Source: Candidatus Multivoradales bacterium
GTDB taxonomy: Bacteria > Acidobacteriota > Thermoanaerobaculia > Multivoradales > Multivoraceae
Assembly: GCA_965223325.1 (NCBI GenBank)
Contig: CBDCWI010000002.1
Span: 1,856,001-1,920,000 of the forward strand
Reading direction: 5' to 3'
Length of the DNA stretch: 64,000 nt
Shown here one piece after another: positions 1 to 8,048 of the stretch (position 1 is its first letter; each line of letters starts with the position of its first letter). Position numbers and translations under genes: made by a program. The notes beneath the pieces were generated by a model that saw only the letters and a list, made by a program, of their open reading frames with translations, was not told the origin of the DNA and searched no databases.

Positions 1-1
1 C

Positions 2-538
2 AGAGCGCTCTTGCAGGACATCATCGACCAGACTCCCGGCAACAGCACGGTCCGTTTTGAGCTCGCGCGCGCTCACTTCTTCGCCCACGACTTCACGCAA
101 GCCCTGGCTGAGCTCGAGTGGGTCAACGTTCTCGATCCCCATCACGCCCCAGCTCACTTCCTCTCAGGTCTCCTGCACACCCAACGAAACGAGCCAGAGC
201 GCGCGCTGCTGTCCTTCGAGCGCGAGGCCCGCGCACAGGCTGCAACGCCTGCCGCTCTGTCCTCGCTACGGGAAAGCTACGCCAGCCGCGGGCTCGAAGG
301 CCTGTTGGAATGGCGGCTACGCGAAGAAGCGACTCGCAATCGCGACCCGATCGAGCAGGCGCGCCTCCTCACCCTTCTCGGTGACCAGAGGCGCGCAACC
401 GCCCAGCTGCGCCGCGCAGTCAAAGAGAGCCGCCCCTCTCTGGTCTGGATCTTCGCAGATCCGACCTTCGAACCCCTGCGACGCACCCCCGAGTTCCGCG
501 AGCTGACGGCCAGCCTGTCCTTCGCTGCCGGCGGGTAA
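2..538 (+). CDS. TPR-repeat protein, C-terminal part (5' partial); resembles the TPR tail of wHTH/TolB-N regulators or kinases
   Basis: TPR-like helices (LARAHFFAHDFTQALAELE..LDPHHAPAHF). Ends in 'LVWIFADPTFEPLRRTPEFRELTASL', a typical tail of this class. Frame is open to the window edge. Confidence 0.75.
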   Translation, partial: RALLQDIIDQTPGNSTVRFELARAHFFAHDFTQALAELEWVNVLDPHHAPAHFLSGLLHTQRNEPERALLSFEREARAQAATPAALSSLRESYASRGLEGLLEWRLREEATRNRDPIEQARLLTLLGDQRRATAQLRRAVKESRPSLVWIFADPTFEPLRRTPEFRELTASLSFAAGG

Positions 539-685
539 TCCGCCCAGCCTGGGAGCCCCTCGGTTCCGGACCCACCGCAGGGAGAACTCAGGAAGATCAC
601 AGTTGAATCTCATGCTCGAGAGGTTGCGAGCGGTCACGCTGCACCCGTCGCCGAATCTTTCCGAACACCTGAAATCGAGCAACCC

Positions 686-1786
686 GTGTCGATCAACCTC
701 GCGAACGTCTTCCCCATCGCCCCCCTTCTGGCTCCCGCGCTCCTGGCGCTGGTGCCAGCCGGCCCCGCTCTGGCTCAGGCGCCAAGCCAGGTCGAACCGG
801 TTCGCTCCTGGACCTTCGATACCGAGGGCTGACTCTTCACCACTCCCACGGTCGTGGGGGACGCGGTGTTCGTCGGCTCATGCTCAGGTGTCGCCTACTC
901 GCTCGATCGCTCATCCGGCGAAGTCACCTGGAGCTACGACACCAGGCAAGACGCCGGCCCCGCACAATTCCACGGCGACCCGGTAGTCATCGGAGGTCAA
1001 ATCGTCACCGGTAGCGACACCGCCGAACCGAGCTTCAGCTATTCCTTCGACAAGAAGACGGGCGAGCTCAACTGGAAGGTCGAGGGACACGTCATCGAAA
1101 CCGATGTGCTTTCGGTCGGCGGAGTGCTCTCCGGAAGGACCAGGACCGGCGCGCTGATAGGTATCGAACCCGCGACCGGCACCAAACTGTGGGCGGTGGA
1201 GGCCGAGGGTCGCACCTGTGGCGAACGCTCCTACTCGCCAGCGGCGAGGGGCAGAACGGTCTACAGCCCGCAGACCGATGGCACTCTGGTCGCAGTGGAT
1301 GCGACCTCTGGAGCGGTCCGTTGGAAGAGCACGGTGGGTTGTGCGAGCACGGCGGTGGCAATGGATGGGAACGCCCTGTTTCTCGGGGTCTCACCCGATC
1401 GCCTGATTCGCCTGGACCCCAACACCGGCGGGATACTCAGCGAACGAGAACTCAACGGCCGTGTCCGAGACCGCCTGACCCTGCTCCACGATCAGTTGGT
1501 GGCCCTGGTCGATGGTCACCGCGTCGTCGCCTTTGATCGTGATCTGAAGCAGACGCTGTGGACCCTGGAACACGGATCCGAGATCACCTCACCTCGACCG
1601 CTCCTGTGGCGCGAGACCATCCTGATCGGCGACAGGTCCGGCCAGCTCCTCGCCATTGCTCCCGAACGCGGAGACGTTGTGTGGAGTCTCGAGGTCGACG
1701 GCATCATTCGGGGGCTCGGGTCCGGTGGTAGCAATCTCTATGTTGGAACTCTGGAAGGCGTTCTCCACGCCCTGCGACTCGACTGA
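686..1786 (+). CDS. Secreted PQQ-like (BamB-type) beta-propeller protein with in-frame TGA at 830-832; candidate selenoprotein
   Basis: GTG at 686 reads MSINLANVFPIAPLLAPALLALVPAGPALA|QAPSQVEPVRSWTFDTEG*LFTTPTVVGDAVFVGSCSG, in frame with the track ORF 854-1786. The signal peptide and the first half of propeller repeat 1 lie upstream of the TGA. Confidence 0.75.
833..868 (+). promoter_or_regulatory. SECIS-like stem-loop 3' of the in-frame UGA
   Basis: Upper stem CUCCCAC (843-849) pairs with GUGGGGG (854-860), closing a GGUC loop (850-853). Lower stem CACC (838-841) pairs with GGUG (865-868). The loop starts 17 nt after the UGA. Confidence 0.6.
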
Positions 1787-1956
1787 GCTGAGGCCCCGGC
1801 GCTTGTACATCTTCTGATGCGAGAGCGCGGCCGCGCCTGCCGGGACCTTCTCTTTGGTGGGCCGGGCCCTCGGCCCGTCGGGTTGCGCTGTCGCCCCGGG
1901 GCTCCGAGCTGCCGGTTGCCAGCGTCTGAGCCCGGTAGCAATAAACTAGCGGGCAC

Positions 1957-4782
1957 ATGACCAGCGCACAGGACCCCGGACCACGCCTCGAGAGAGGCCA
2001 GCGCGTCGGCCGTTACGAGGTGAGCAGCCTGTTGGGTGTCGGCGGGATGGGCGAGGTGTACCGAGCCCTGGACCTCGAAGTCAATCGCGAGGTGGCCCTC
2101 AAGGTGCTTCCCGCCCATCTCCACCTCGACGCCGAACGCCAGGCGCGTTTCGAGCGCGAGGCACGCCTCCTGGGCGCCCTGCGGCATCCGGGAATCGCCC
2201 GACTCTACGAAGTCGGCGAGCACCATGGCCTGCGTTTTCTGGCGATGGAGCTGGTCGAAGGCGAGTCGTTTGCCGACACCTTGAGGTCTCGGGGGCTCGA
2301 AGACAAGGAGCTTGTCCTCGACCTGTTTGCGCAACTGGCCGCAGCTCTCGAAACGGCCCACAAGAGTGGAATCATCCACCGCGATGTCAAGCCGTCGAAT
2401 CTGCGGCTCACGAAGGAGGACAACCGCCTCAAACTGCTCGACTTCGGCCTCGCCAAAGCCAGCGGCAGCCTCACCAGTGACGCGGTGCTCTCGGACTCGC
2501 CGACCCGCACCCAGCGTGACGCGGAGACTGCCACCGGAATGCTGGTCGGCACCGCTCCCTACATGAGCCCCGAGCAGGCACGCGGTCAGGAAGTCGACCA
2601 TCGCAGCGATATCTGGGCGTTTGGCTGCGTGCTCTTCGAAGCGCTTTCGGGGCGTCGACCCTTCGAGGGGCCGTCGCCATCGGACATTCTGGTGCGCATT
2701 CTGGGGCACGAGCCCGATTGGTCACTCTTGCCAGCCGACACCGAACCTTCCCTCCTCCGCCTGCTGCACAGTTGCCTGCGCAAGGAGAAGAAACTCCGCC
2801 TCCAGCACATGGGCGACGCGCGGGTGATCCTCGAAGATCTCGCCAGCGGCGAAAGCTCACCGGCACTCGAGGCGCTCGACCAGGCTTTCCTCAGCTCACA
2901 AAGTGCGCTCTCACCGGCGTCCACCTCGGGGCAGCGCAAACGCCGGCTGGCGGTGCTCGCTGCTACAGCGGTTCTCGCTGGATTACTCGGCGCTGGGACG
3001 TCTCTGGCGACCCGGCCTGATGCAGGAGACTCTGACCGCCGGGTCATCCGCTTCACCCTGCAGGAAGATTCCGCGACGGTCGGTTATCCCGTCGCCATCT
3101 CACCCGGCGGGCAGCGCATCGCCTACGACGGGAAGGGCGGCATCCACGTTCGCGATCTCGCCGGTGCCACTCTGTTGGTTGCCGACGGATCTCACCCAGT
3201 GTTCACGCCAGACGGTGGCTCGCTGTCCTATTCGACCTACGATCCGGGGTCGATCTGGAAGCACTCCCTCTCCGGCGGTACACCCGTCGACGTCGCAGCG
3301 CATGGCAACGCCAAGGGACACACCTGGGCAGGAGATGGCACGCTCGTTTTTGCCCCCTTCACTGAAGGTGGTCTCAGCCTGCTTCGACCGGGCGGTGAAG
3401 TGAGCGCCCTGACAGTTCCTGGACCGAGCGAGCACAGCCACCGATGGCCACGCTTCCTGCCCGGTGACGACGCTGTGCTCTTTACCGTATTGGACCTCGA
3501 AACCCAGGTTTGGCGGGTTGAGGTCGTTGAGGTCGCGAACGGAAAGCGCCGGGTGCTGGTCGACAACGCGTTGGCACCGCACTTTGTCGAAGTACCAGAC
3601 GATGTCGAAGTGCCAGGCCTCTCGGAGGGGCTCCTCTTGTTCGCCCAGGGGGAGACGATTCTCGCGGCACCCTTCGACCTCGATGCACTCGAAGTGATTG
3701 GAGAATCGGTACCTGTGCTGACTGGGGTTCCCAACCAGGGCGGCTACTCTGCATTTGACGTGGCGAAGAACGGAACTCTCGTCTACCGGACAGAGAACGT
3801 GCCAAGCAGCGATCGAGCCGGAAGAACGATGGCCTGGATCGACCGCACGGGAGCGGTCACACCCATCCCCACCCGCTGGAAAGACTTCAGCACGGTGGCT
3901 CTTTCTCCCGACGGGCGCAAGATCCTGATGCAGACCGGAAACGAAGTGCACAGCACCTGGCTCCACGATCTTGACAGTGGCACGACCACCTGGGCGACAC
4001 CAGGCTACGGTGGCTCGACCCCTGCGTGGGCACCTGACTCCGAGCACTTCGTCTTCAGCACCGGTGCACACCCCACGCCGAATCGCCGGACCGGTGCACG
4101 TGCCCTGTTCCTGGCGCCGATCGATCGCAGTCGTGAGCCGGAACAACTCACCATCACCGACTACGAGCACTTCCCCTCGTCGTTCTCACCTGACGGTCGC
4201 TTTCTCGCCTTCAGCGAGATCCGGACTCGTGACGCGCTCGACGTCTGGATGCTGCCGATGGACGAGGCAGACCGTCGGTCGCGACCGTTCCTCACGGGCC
4301 GAGCTGCGGAAGCTTCGGCGATGTTTTCGCCCGACGGCCGCTGGGTGGCGTACCTGTCGACCGAATCTGGTGAGCCTGCCATCTTCGTGACTCGTTTCGA
4401 CCCCGAGCAGGTCGTGGCCACCGACCCCGACGGAAGCGCACCGCCGCGTGAGCGCCACCGCATTTCAGCGGGGCAGGGGATGGCACCGCAGTGGTCGCCC
4501 GACGGTGAGTATCTCTACTACCGCGAAGGTCGGAACCCCCGCATTCTGCGCGTCAAGGTCCAGACCGAGCCCGCCTTCGAGGCCGGTCTCCCCGAAGTTG
4601 CAGTCGAGAACGAAAGACTCCTCGGCCCAATCTTCGAGCTGCCGAAGTGGACGCCCCATCCTGACGGTGAGCGATTCCTGGTTCGGCTCGGCGGCGGTGA
4701 CGACTGGGGCACGCGCTTGCATGTGGTCACCAACTGGTTCCGAGAACTCGAACAAACGCTTGCCGAATCCCACCAGCGGTGA
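1957..4782 (+). CDS. Hanks-type Ser/Thr protein kinase with TM helix and C-terminal TolB/PD40 beta-propellers
   Basis: GVGGMGEVY, VALK, HRDVKPSN, DFG, GTAPYMSPEQ; hydrophobic helix; repeated SPDG motifs. Confidence 0.93.
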   Translation: MTSAQDPGPRLERGQRVGRYEVSSLLGVGGMGEVYRALDLEVNREVALKVLPAHLHLDAERQARFEREARLLGALRHPGIARLYEVGEHHGLRFLAMELVEGESFADTLRSRGLEDKELVLDLFAQLAAALETAHKSGIIHRDVKPSNLRLTKEDNRLKLLDFGLAKASGSLTSDAVLSDSPTRTQRDAETATGMLVGTAPYMSPEQARGQEVDHRSDIWAFGCVLFEALSGRRPFEGPSPSDILVRILGHEPDWSLLPADTEPSLLRLLHSCLRKEKKLRLQHMGDARVILEDLASGESSPALEALDQAFLSSQSALSPASTSGQRKRRLAVLAATAVLAGLLGAGTSLATRPDAGDSDRRVIRFTLQEDSATVGYPVAISPGGQRIAYDGKGGIHVRDLAGATLLVADGSHPVFTPDGGSLSYSTYDPGSIWKHSLSGGTPVDVAAHGNAKGHTWAGDGTLVFAPFTEGGLSLLRPGGEVSALTVPGPSEHSHRWPRFLPGDDAVLFTVLDLETQVWRVEVVEVANGKRRVLVDNALAPHFVEVPDDVEVPGLSEGLLLFAQGETILAAPFDLDALEVIGESVPVLTGVPNQGGYSAFDVAKNGTLVYRTENVPSSDRAGRTMAWIDRTGAVTPIPTRWKDFSTVALSPDGRKILMQTGNEVHSTWLHDLDSGTTTWATPGYGGSTPAWAPDSEHFVFSTGAHPTPNRRTGARALFLAPIDRSREPEQLTITDYEHFPSSFSPDGRFLAFSEIRTRDALDVWMLPMDEADRRSRPFLTGRAAEASAMFSPDGRWVAYLSTESGEPAIFVTRFDPEQVVATDPDGSAPPRERHRISAGQGMAPQWSPDGEYLYYREGRNPRILRVKVQTEPAFEAGLPEVAVENERLLGPIFELPKWTPHPDGERFLVRLGGGDDWGTRLHVVTNWFRELEQTLAESHQR

Positions 4783-7700
4783 GCCAATCCAGCGACCCTT
4801 TCGAACGCTTCGAGGAGGCCGATGCGCTGCTCGTGACGCTCCTCGAACTCCCCTCGAAAGAACGGCTCGCGCACCTCCAGGAAGCGTGCCAGGGCGACCA
4901 GGAACTCGAAACCATGGTGCGGGGAATGCTCGCCGACGTGCCAGTCGTACCCACCGCCCCGGACGATGAGGCTTCGTCGGACAGTCTCCCGCTGAGCTCT
5001 TCTTCGCCAGCAGTTCCCCCACGCGACACCCTGCTCGAAATCGGTGCCCATGCCGGGCGTGTGATCGAACGCCTGGTCTGGGACGGCGAGAATGAACAAA
5101 CGAGCGCCGGCTCTCTGCCTGGCACCAGGCTCGGTGTCTACGAGATCGCCGAACGCGTTGGCGTTGGCGGCATGGGCGAGGTCTATCGCGCCCGCGATAC
5201 CCGGCTCGACCGCGACGTCGCGGTCAAAGTCCTACCCGACGGTTGGAAGAGCCACCCTGAGCGGGCGGCGCGTTTCGAGCGCGAAGCACGCCACCTGGCA
5301 ACCCTCAACCACCCCAACATCGCCGGCATTCACCACTTCGGCACCGAGAGCGGTAGCGCCTTTCTGGTCATGGAGCTGGTGTCTGGCGAGACCCTCTCCG
5401 AGGTCATCGCGCGCGGCCCGGTTCCGGCCGAGCGCGCCCTTCGGATCATGCGCCAGGTCGCAGAAGCACTCGAGGCGGCGCACTCCCAGGGCATCGTCCA
5501 TCGCGACCTGAAGCCCGCCAACGTCAAGATCACCCGCGACGACGAGATCAAGGTGCTCGACTTCGGGCTCGCCAAAGCGATGGAGCCGAGCGTCGCCGGT
5601 CTCGAAAGCCTGGCGCCTCGCGAGGGTGAAACCGAAAGCGGGCGCCGTGTGTACCCAACCGCCTCGGGGGTCATGCTCGGAACCCTGCCGTATATGAGTC
5701 CCGAGCAGGCGCGCGGCCAGGAGGTCGACCACCGTACCGACATCTGGGCCTTCGGTTGCCTGCTCTACGAGTTGCTCACCGGTCAACGCGCCTACTCAGG
5801 CCCCACTTCGTCCGATGTGTTGGCGCGCATCCTCGAACATCAACCCGACTGGTCACTCCTCGATGACGGCCTCGACCCGCGCGTGCGGAGGCTTCTCCGG
5901 CGCACTCTGCGCCATGACAAGCACTACCGGCTCCAGCACATCGGCGACGCGCGGGTGGCGATCGATGAAATCCTCGGCGGAGCTTTCGAGGAGCCGTTTC
6001 CTTCCGAGGCCCCCACGGCGCGAGCGGGCGGTGCACTTTCGAACCCGATGGCGCGCTGGGTCGCCGCCGCAGCTCTACTTCTCGCGGCATGTGGCACGAC
6101 CTGGTGGTTGAGCCGGACCCTGGCGACCGAGACCGCCGATCTCAGAAAGCCCACTCGATTCAAGATCGAATCACCGGTCCTCGCCGCGGACTCCTGGAGT
6201 GAGATCGCCGTCGCGCCAGACGGGCGAAGCGTGATCTTCCGTGCCACAGGGGCAGCCGACGAGGCGGCGGCTCCCTTGTCGATCTATCGCCTGGGTGAGG
6301 GTGCGACCGGCCCGGTCGCCGGCAGCGAGGGGGGCACGCAGCCCTTCTTCTCTCCCGATAGCGGGGCGATCGGCTTTTTCCACTCCGCCACCCATACGGT
6401 GCGCACCGTGTCGCTCGGCGGCGGCGCGCCGCGCGAAGTCGCCTTCGCTACGGACTTCCAGGGTGGGACGTGGACCGAGGACGACACGATCGTGTTTTCG
6501 CCCCACCGCAGCGATGGGTTGTTCGAGGTCAAAAGTAGCGGCGGCGAGGTCGCACGCCTGACGACGGTCGACCCCGGGCACCAGGAGCTCAGCCATCGCC
6601 ACCCGTGGGCACTTCCGGGAGGCCAAGCAGTTCTGTTCACCATCGCAACGCTCGACCTCGAGACCTGGGATCGGGCCCGCGTGGATGCCGTCGAGCTGTC
6701 CACTGGCGAACGCCGCTCGGTTCTGCCAACCGGCACGTCACCGCAGTTCGCGTCCTCGGGCCACCTCTTGTTTCAGCAGACCGAATCGCTGATGGCGGTG
6801 CCGCTCGACCTCGAGAGCCTGACCGCGGTCGGCGAGCCCGCTCGGGTCGTTCCGGACATTGCCGAATGGCGAGGTAAGGCAAGCTACGCAGTGTCGGCCA
6901 CCGGGACGCTCGTCTATGTCGCGGGCGCCGCACCCCCACCTCCCGCCGCACTCCACTGGGTCGACGCGGAAGGCAACAAGCAACCCTTCGCCTTCGAACC
7001 GTGGTGGATCGAGAGTCTCCGCATCTCGAGGGATCGGCGGCTGGTGCTCTCCCGGCTCGATCCGACGCCCGACATCTGGTTGCACGACACCGTGCGCAAA
7101 ACGACACCGGTCTTGACTCGTCGTGGCCACAACAGAACGCCGATCTGGACGCCAGGAGGGGACATCCTGCTCTACAGCTCTTCGACCGGCGGCGCGGCCC
7201 AGATCACCCGCCGCCCGGCCGATATGAGTCGCAACCCCGAGATCCTCACCGAAGGGGAGTGGGACAGCTGGCCGGGATCGGCCTCGGCCGACGGCCGCAC
7301 CCTTGCCTTCGTTCGGCTCCATCCCGAGACCGGCTACGACATCTGGTTCCTCGAGCTCGCCGGGTCCAGCGGCGACCGACCTGCCCCGCGCCCGTTCCTC
7401 ACCAACCCAGGCCTCGATGCCCAACCGGAGTTCTCTCCTGACGGCCGGTACCTGGCCTACACCTCCGCCGTGAGCGGACGATCCGAGGTGTACGTCGCGG
7501 CGGCGGCCGGGCGCGAGCCAGGGGTCAAAGTATCGAATGGCGGCGGGAGCGCCCCGGCATGGCATGGCGACGCCCTCTACTTCCGCCGCGGCCAGCGGAT
7601 GATGATGACTCTCCCTACAGGCGACGACAGTGGCCGTTTCGATCGCCCAAGCGAGCTCTTCGAGGAGGCGCTCTGGGAGTCCGACCCACCCGCCACCCGC

Positions 7701-7838
7701 ACTTGGGACATCGCGCCCGACGGCCGCTTCCTGCTGCCCCTCGTCAACCGGAAAGAGGCCGCCCCGAGCCCACCGATTCGGCTGGTCCTCGACTGGTGGA
7801 GTGAGCTCGAAGAGGCAGTCCCTCACCCGAACCGTTAG
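4779..7838 (+). CDS. Ser/Thr protein kinase with N-terminal helical extension, TM helix and PD40 propellers
   Basis: GTGA overlap with the previous gene. N-terminus 'LELPSKERLAHLQEACQGDQELETMV'. [15 protein letters not shown] and SPDG repeats. Confidence 0.93.
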   Translation: MSQSSDPFERFEEADALLVTLLELPSKERLAHLQEACQGDQELETMVRGMLADVPVVPTAPDDEASSDSLPLSSSSPAVPPRDTLLEIGAHAGRVIERLVWDGENEQTSAGSLPGTRLGVYEIAERVGVGGMGEVYRARDTRLDRDVAVKVLPDGWKSHPERAARFEREARHLATLNHPNIAGIHHFGTESGSAFLVMELVSGETLSEVIARGPVPAERALRIMRQVAEALEAAHSQGIVHRDLKPANVKITRDDEIKVLDFGLAKAMEPSVAGLESLAPREGETESGRRVYPTASGVMLGTLPYMSPEQARGQEVDHRTDIWAFGCLLYELLTGQRAYSGPTSSDVLARILEHQPDWSLLDDGLDPRVRRLLRRTLRHDKHYRLQHIGDARVAIDEILGGAFEEPFPSEAPTARAGGALSNPMARWVAAAALLLAACGTTWWLSRTLATETADLRKPTRFKIESPVLAADSWSEIAVAPDGRSVIFRATGAADEAAAPLSIYRLGEGATGPVAGSEGGTQPFFSPDSGAIGFFHSATHTVRTVSLGGGAPREVAFATDFQGGTWTEDDTIVFSPHRSDGLFEVKSSGGEVARLTTVDPGHQELSHRHPWALPGGQAVLFTIATLDLETWDRARVDAVELSTGERRSVLPTGTSPQFASSGHLLFQQTESLMAVPLDLESLTAVGEPARVVPDIAEWRGKASYAVSATGTLVYVAGAAPPPPAALHWVDAEGNKQPFAFEPWWIESLRISRDRRLVLSRLDPTPDIWLHDTVRKTTPVLTRRGHNRTPIWTPGGDILLYSSSTGGAAQITRRPADMSRNPEILTEGEWDSWPGSASADGRTLAFVRLHPETGYDIWFLELAGSSGDRPAPRPFLTNPGLDAQPEFSPDGRYLAYTSAVSGRSEVYVAAAAGREPGVKVSNGGGSAPAWHGDALYFRRGQRMMMTLPTGDDSGRFDRPSELFEEALWESDPPATRTWDIAPDGRFLLPLVNRKEAAPSPPIRLVLDWWSELEEAVPHPNR

Positions 7839-8048
7839 CGCTCGCGATAACCACGGACTCGCAATATTGCACAAGTAAGTGAGCCCTGGCACTACACTGA
7901 TGGTGTCCCTCCTACGACCACTCGCACCTCGGTCTTCCTCTCCTCGTCCCGGTCGGCGTAGGTCTAGCTGACGGGCGTCTGCACTTCGTCGTCCGGTCTT
8001 GAAGTCTTCTGGCCCTGCCCACCGGAACCACTCGACGAGAGGAAGAAG

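Noticed and set aside
830-832. Genome-wide UGA reassignment (genetic code 4 or 25) as the explanation of the in-frame TGA
   Set aside because: Many genes here end at TGA at their natural C-terminus (e.g. the TBDR terminal Phe at 10871), and the other long ORFs have no internal TGA.
1738-7892. Long antisense or alternate-frame ORFs (e.g. 1738-2709, 3100-4170, 6738-7892; also 13711-14943, 29684-30928, 54964-56133)
   Set aside because: They are shadows of well-supported genes in GC-rich DNA with no motifs of their own, except the short relic inside 29684-30928 reported separately.
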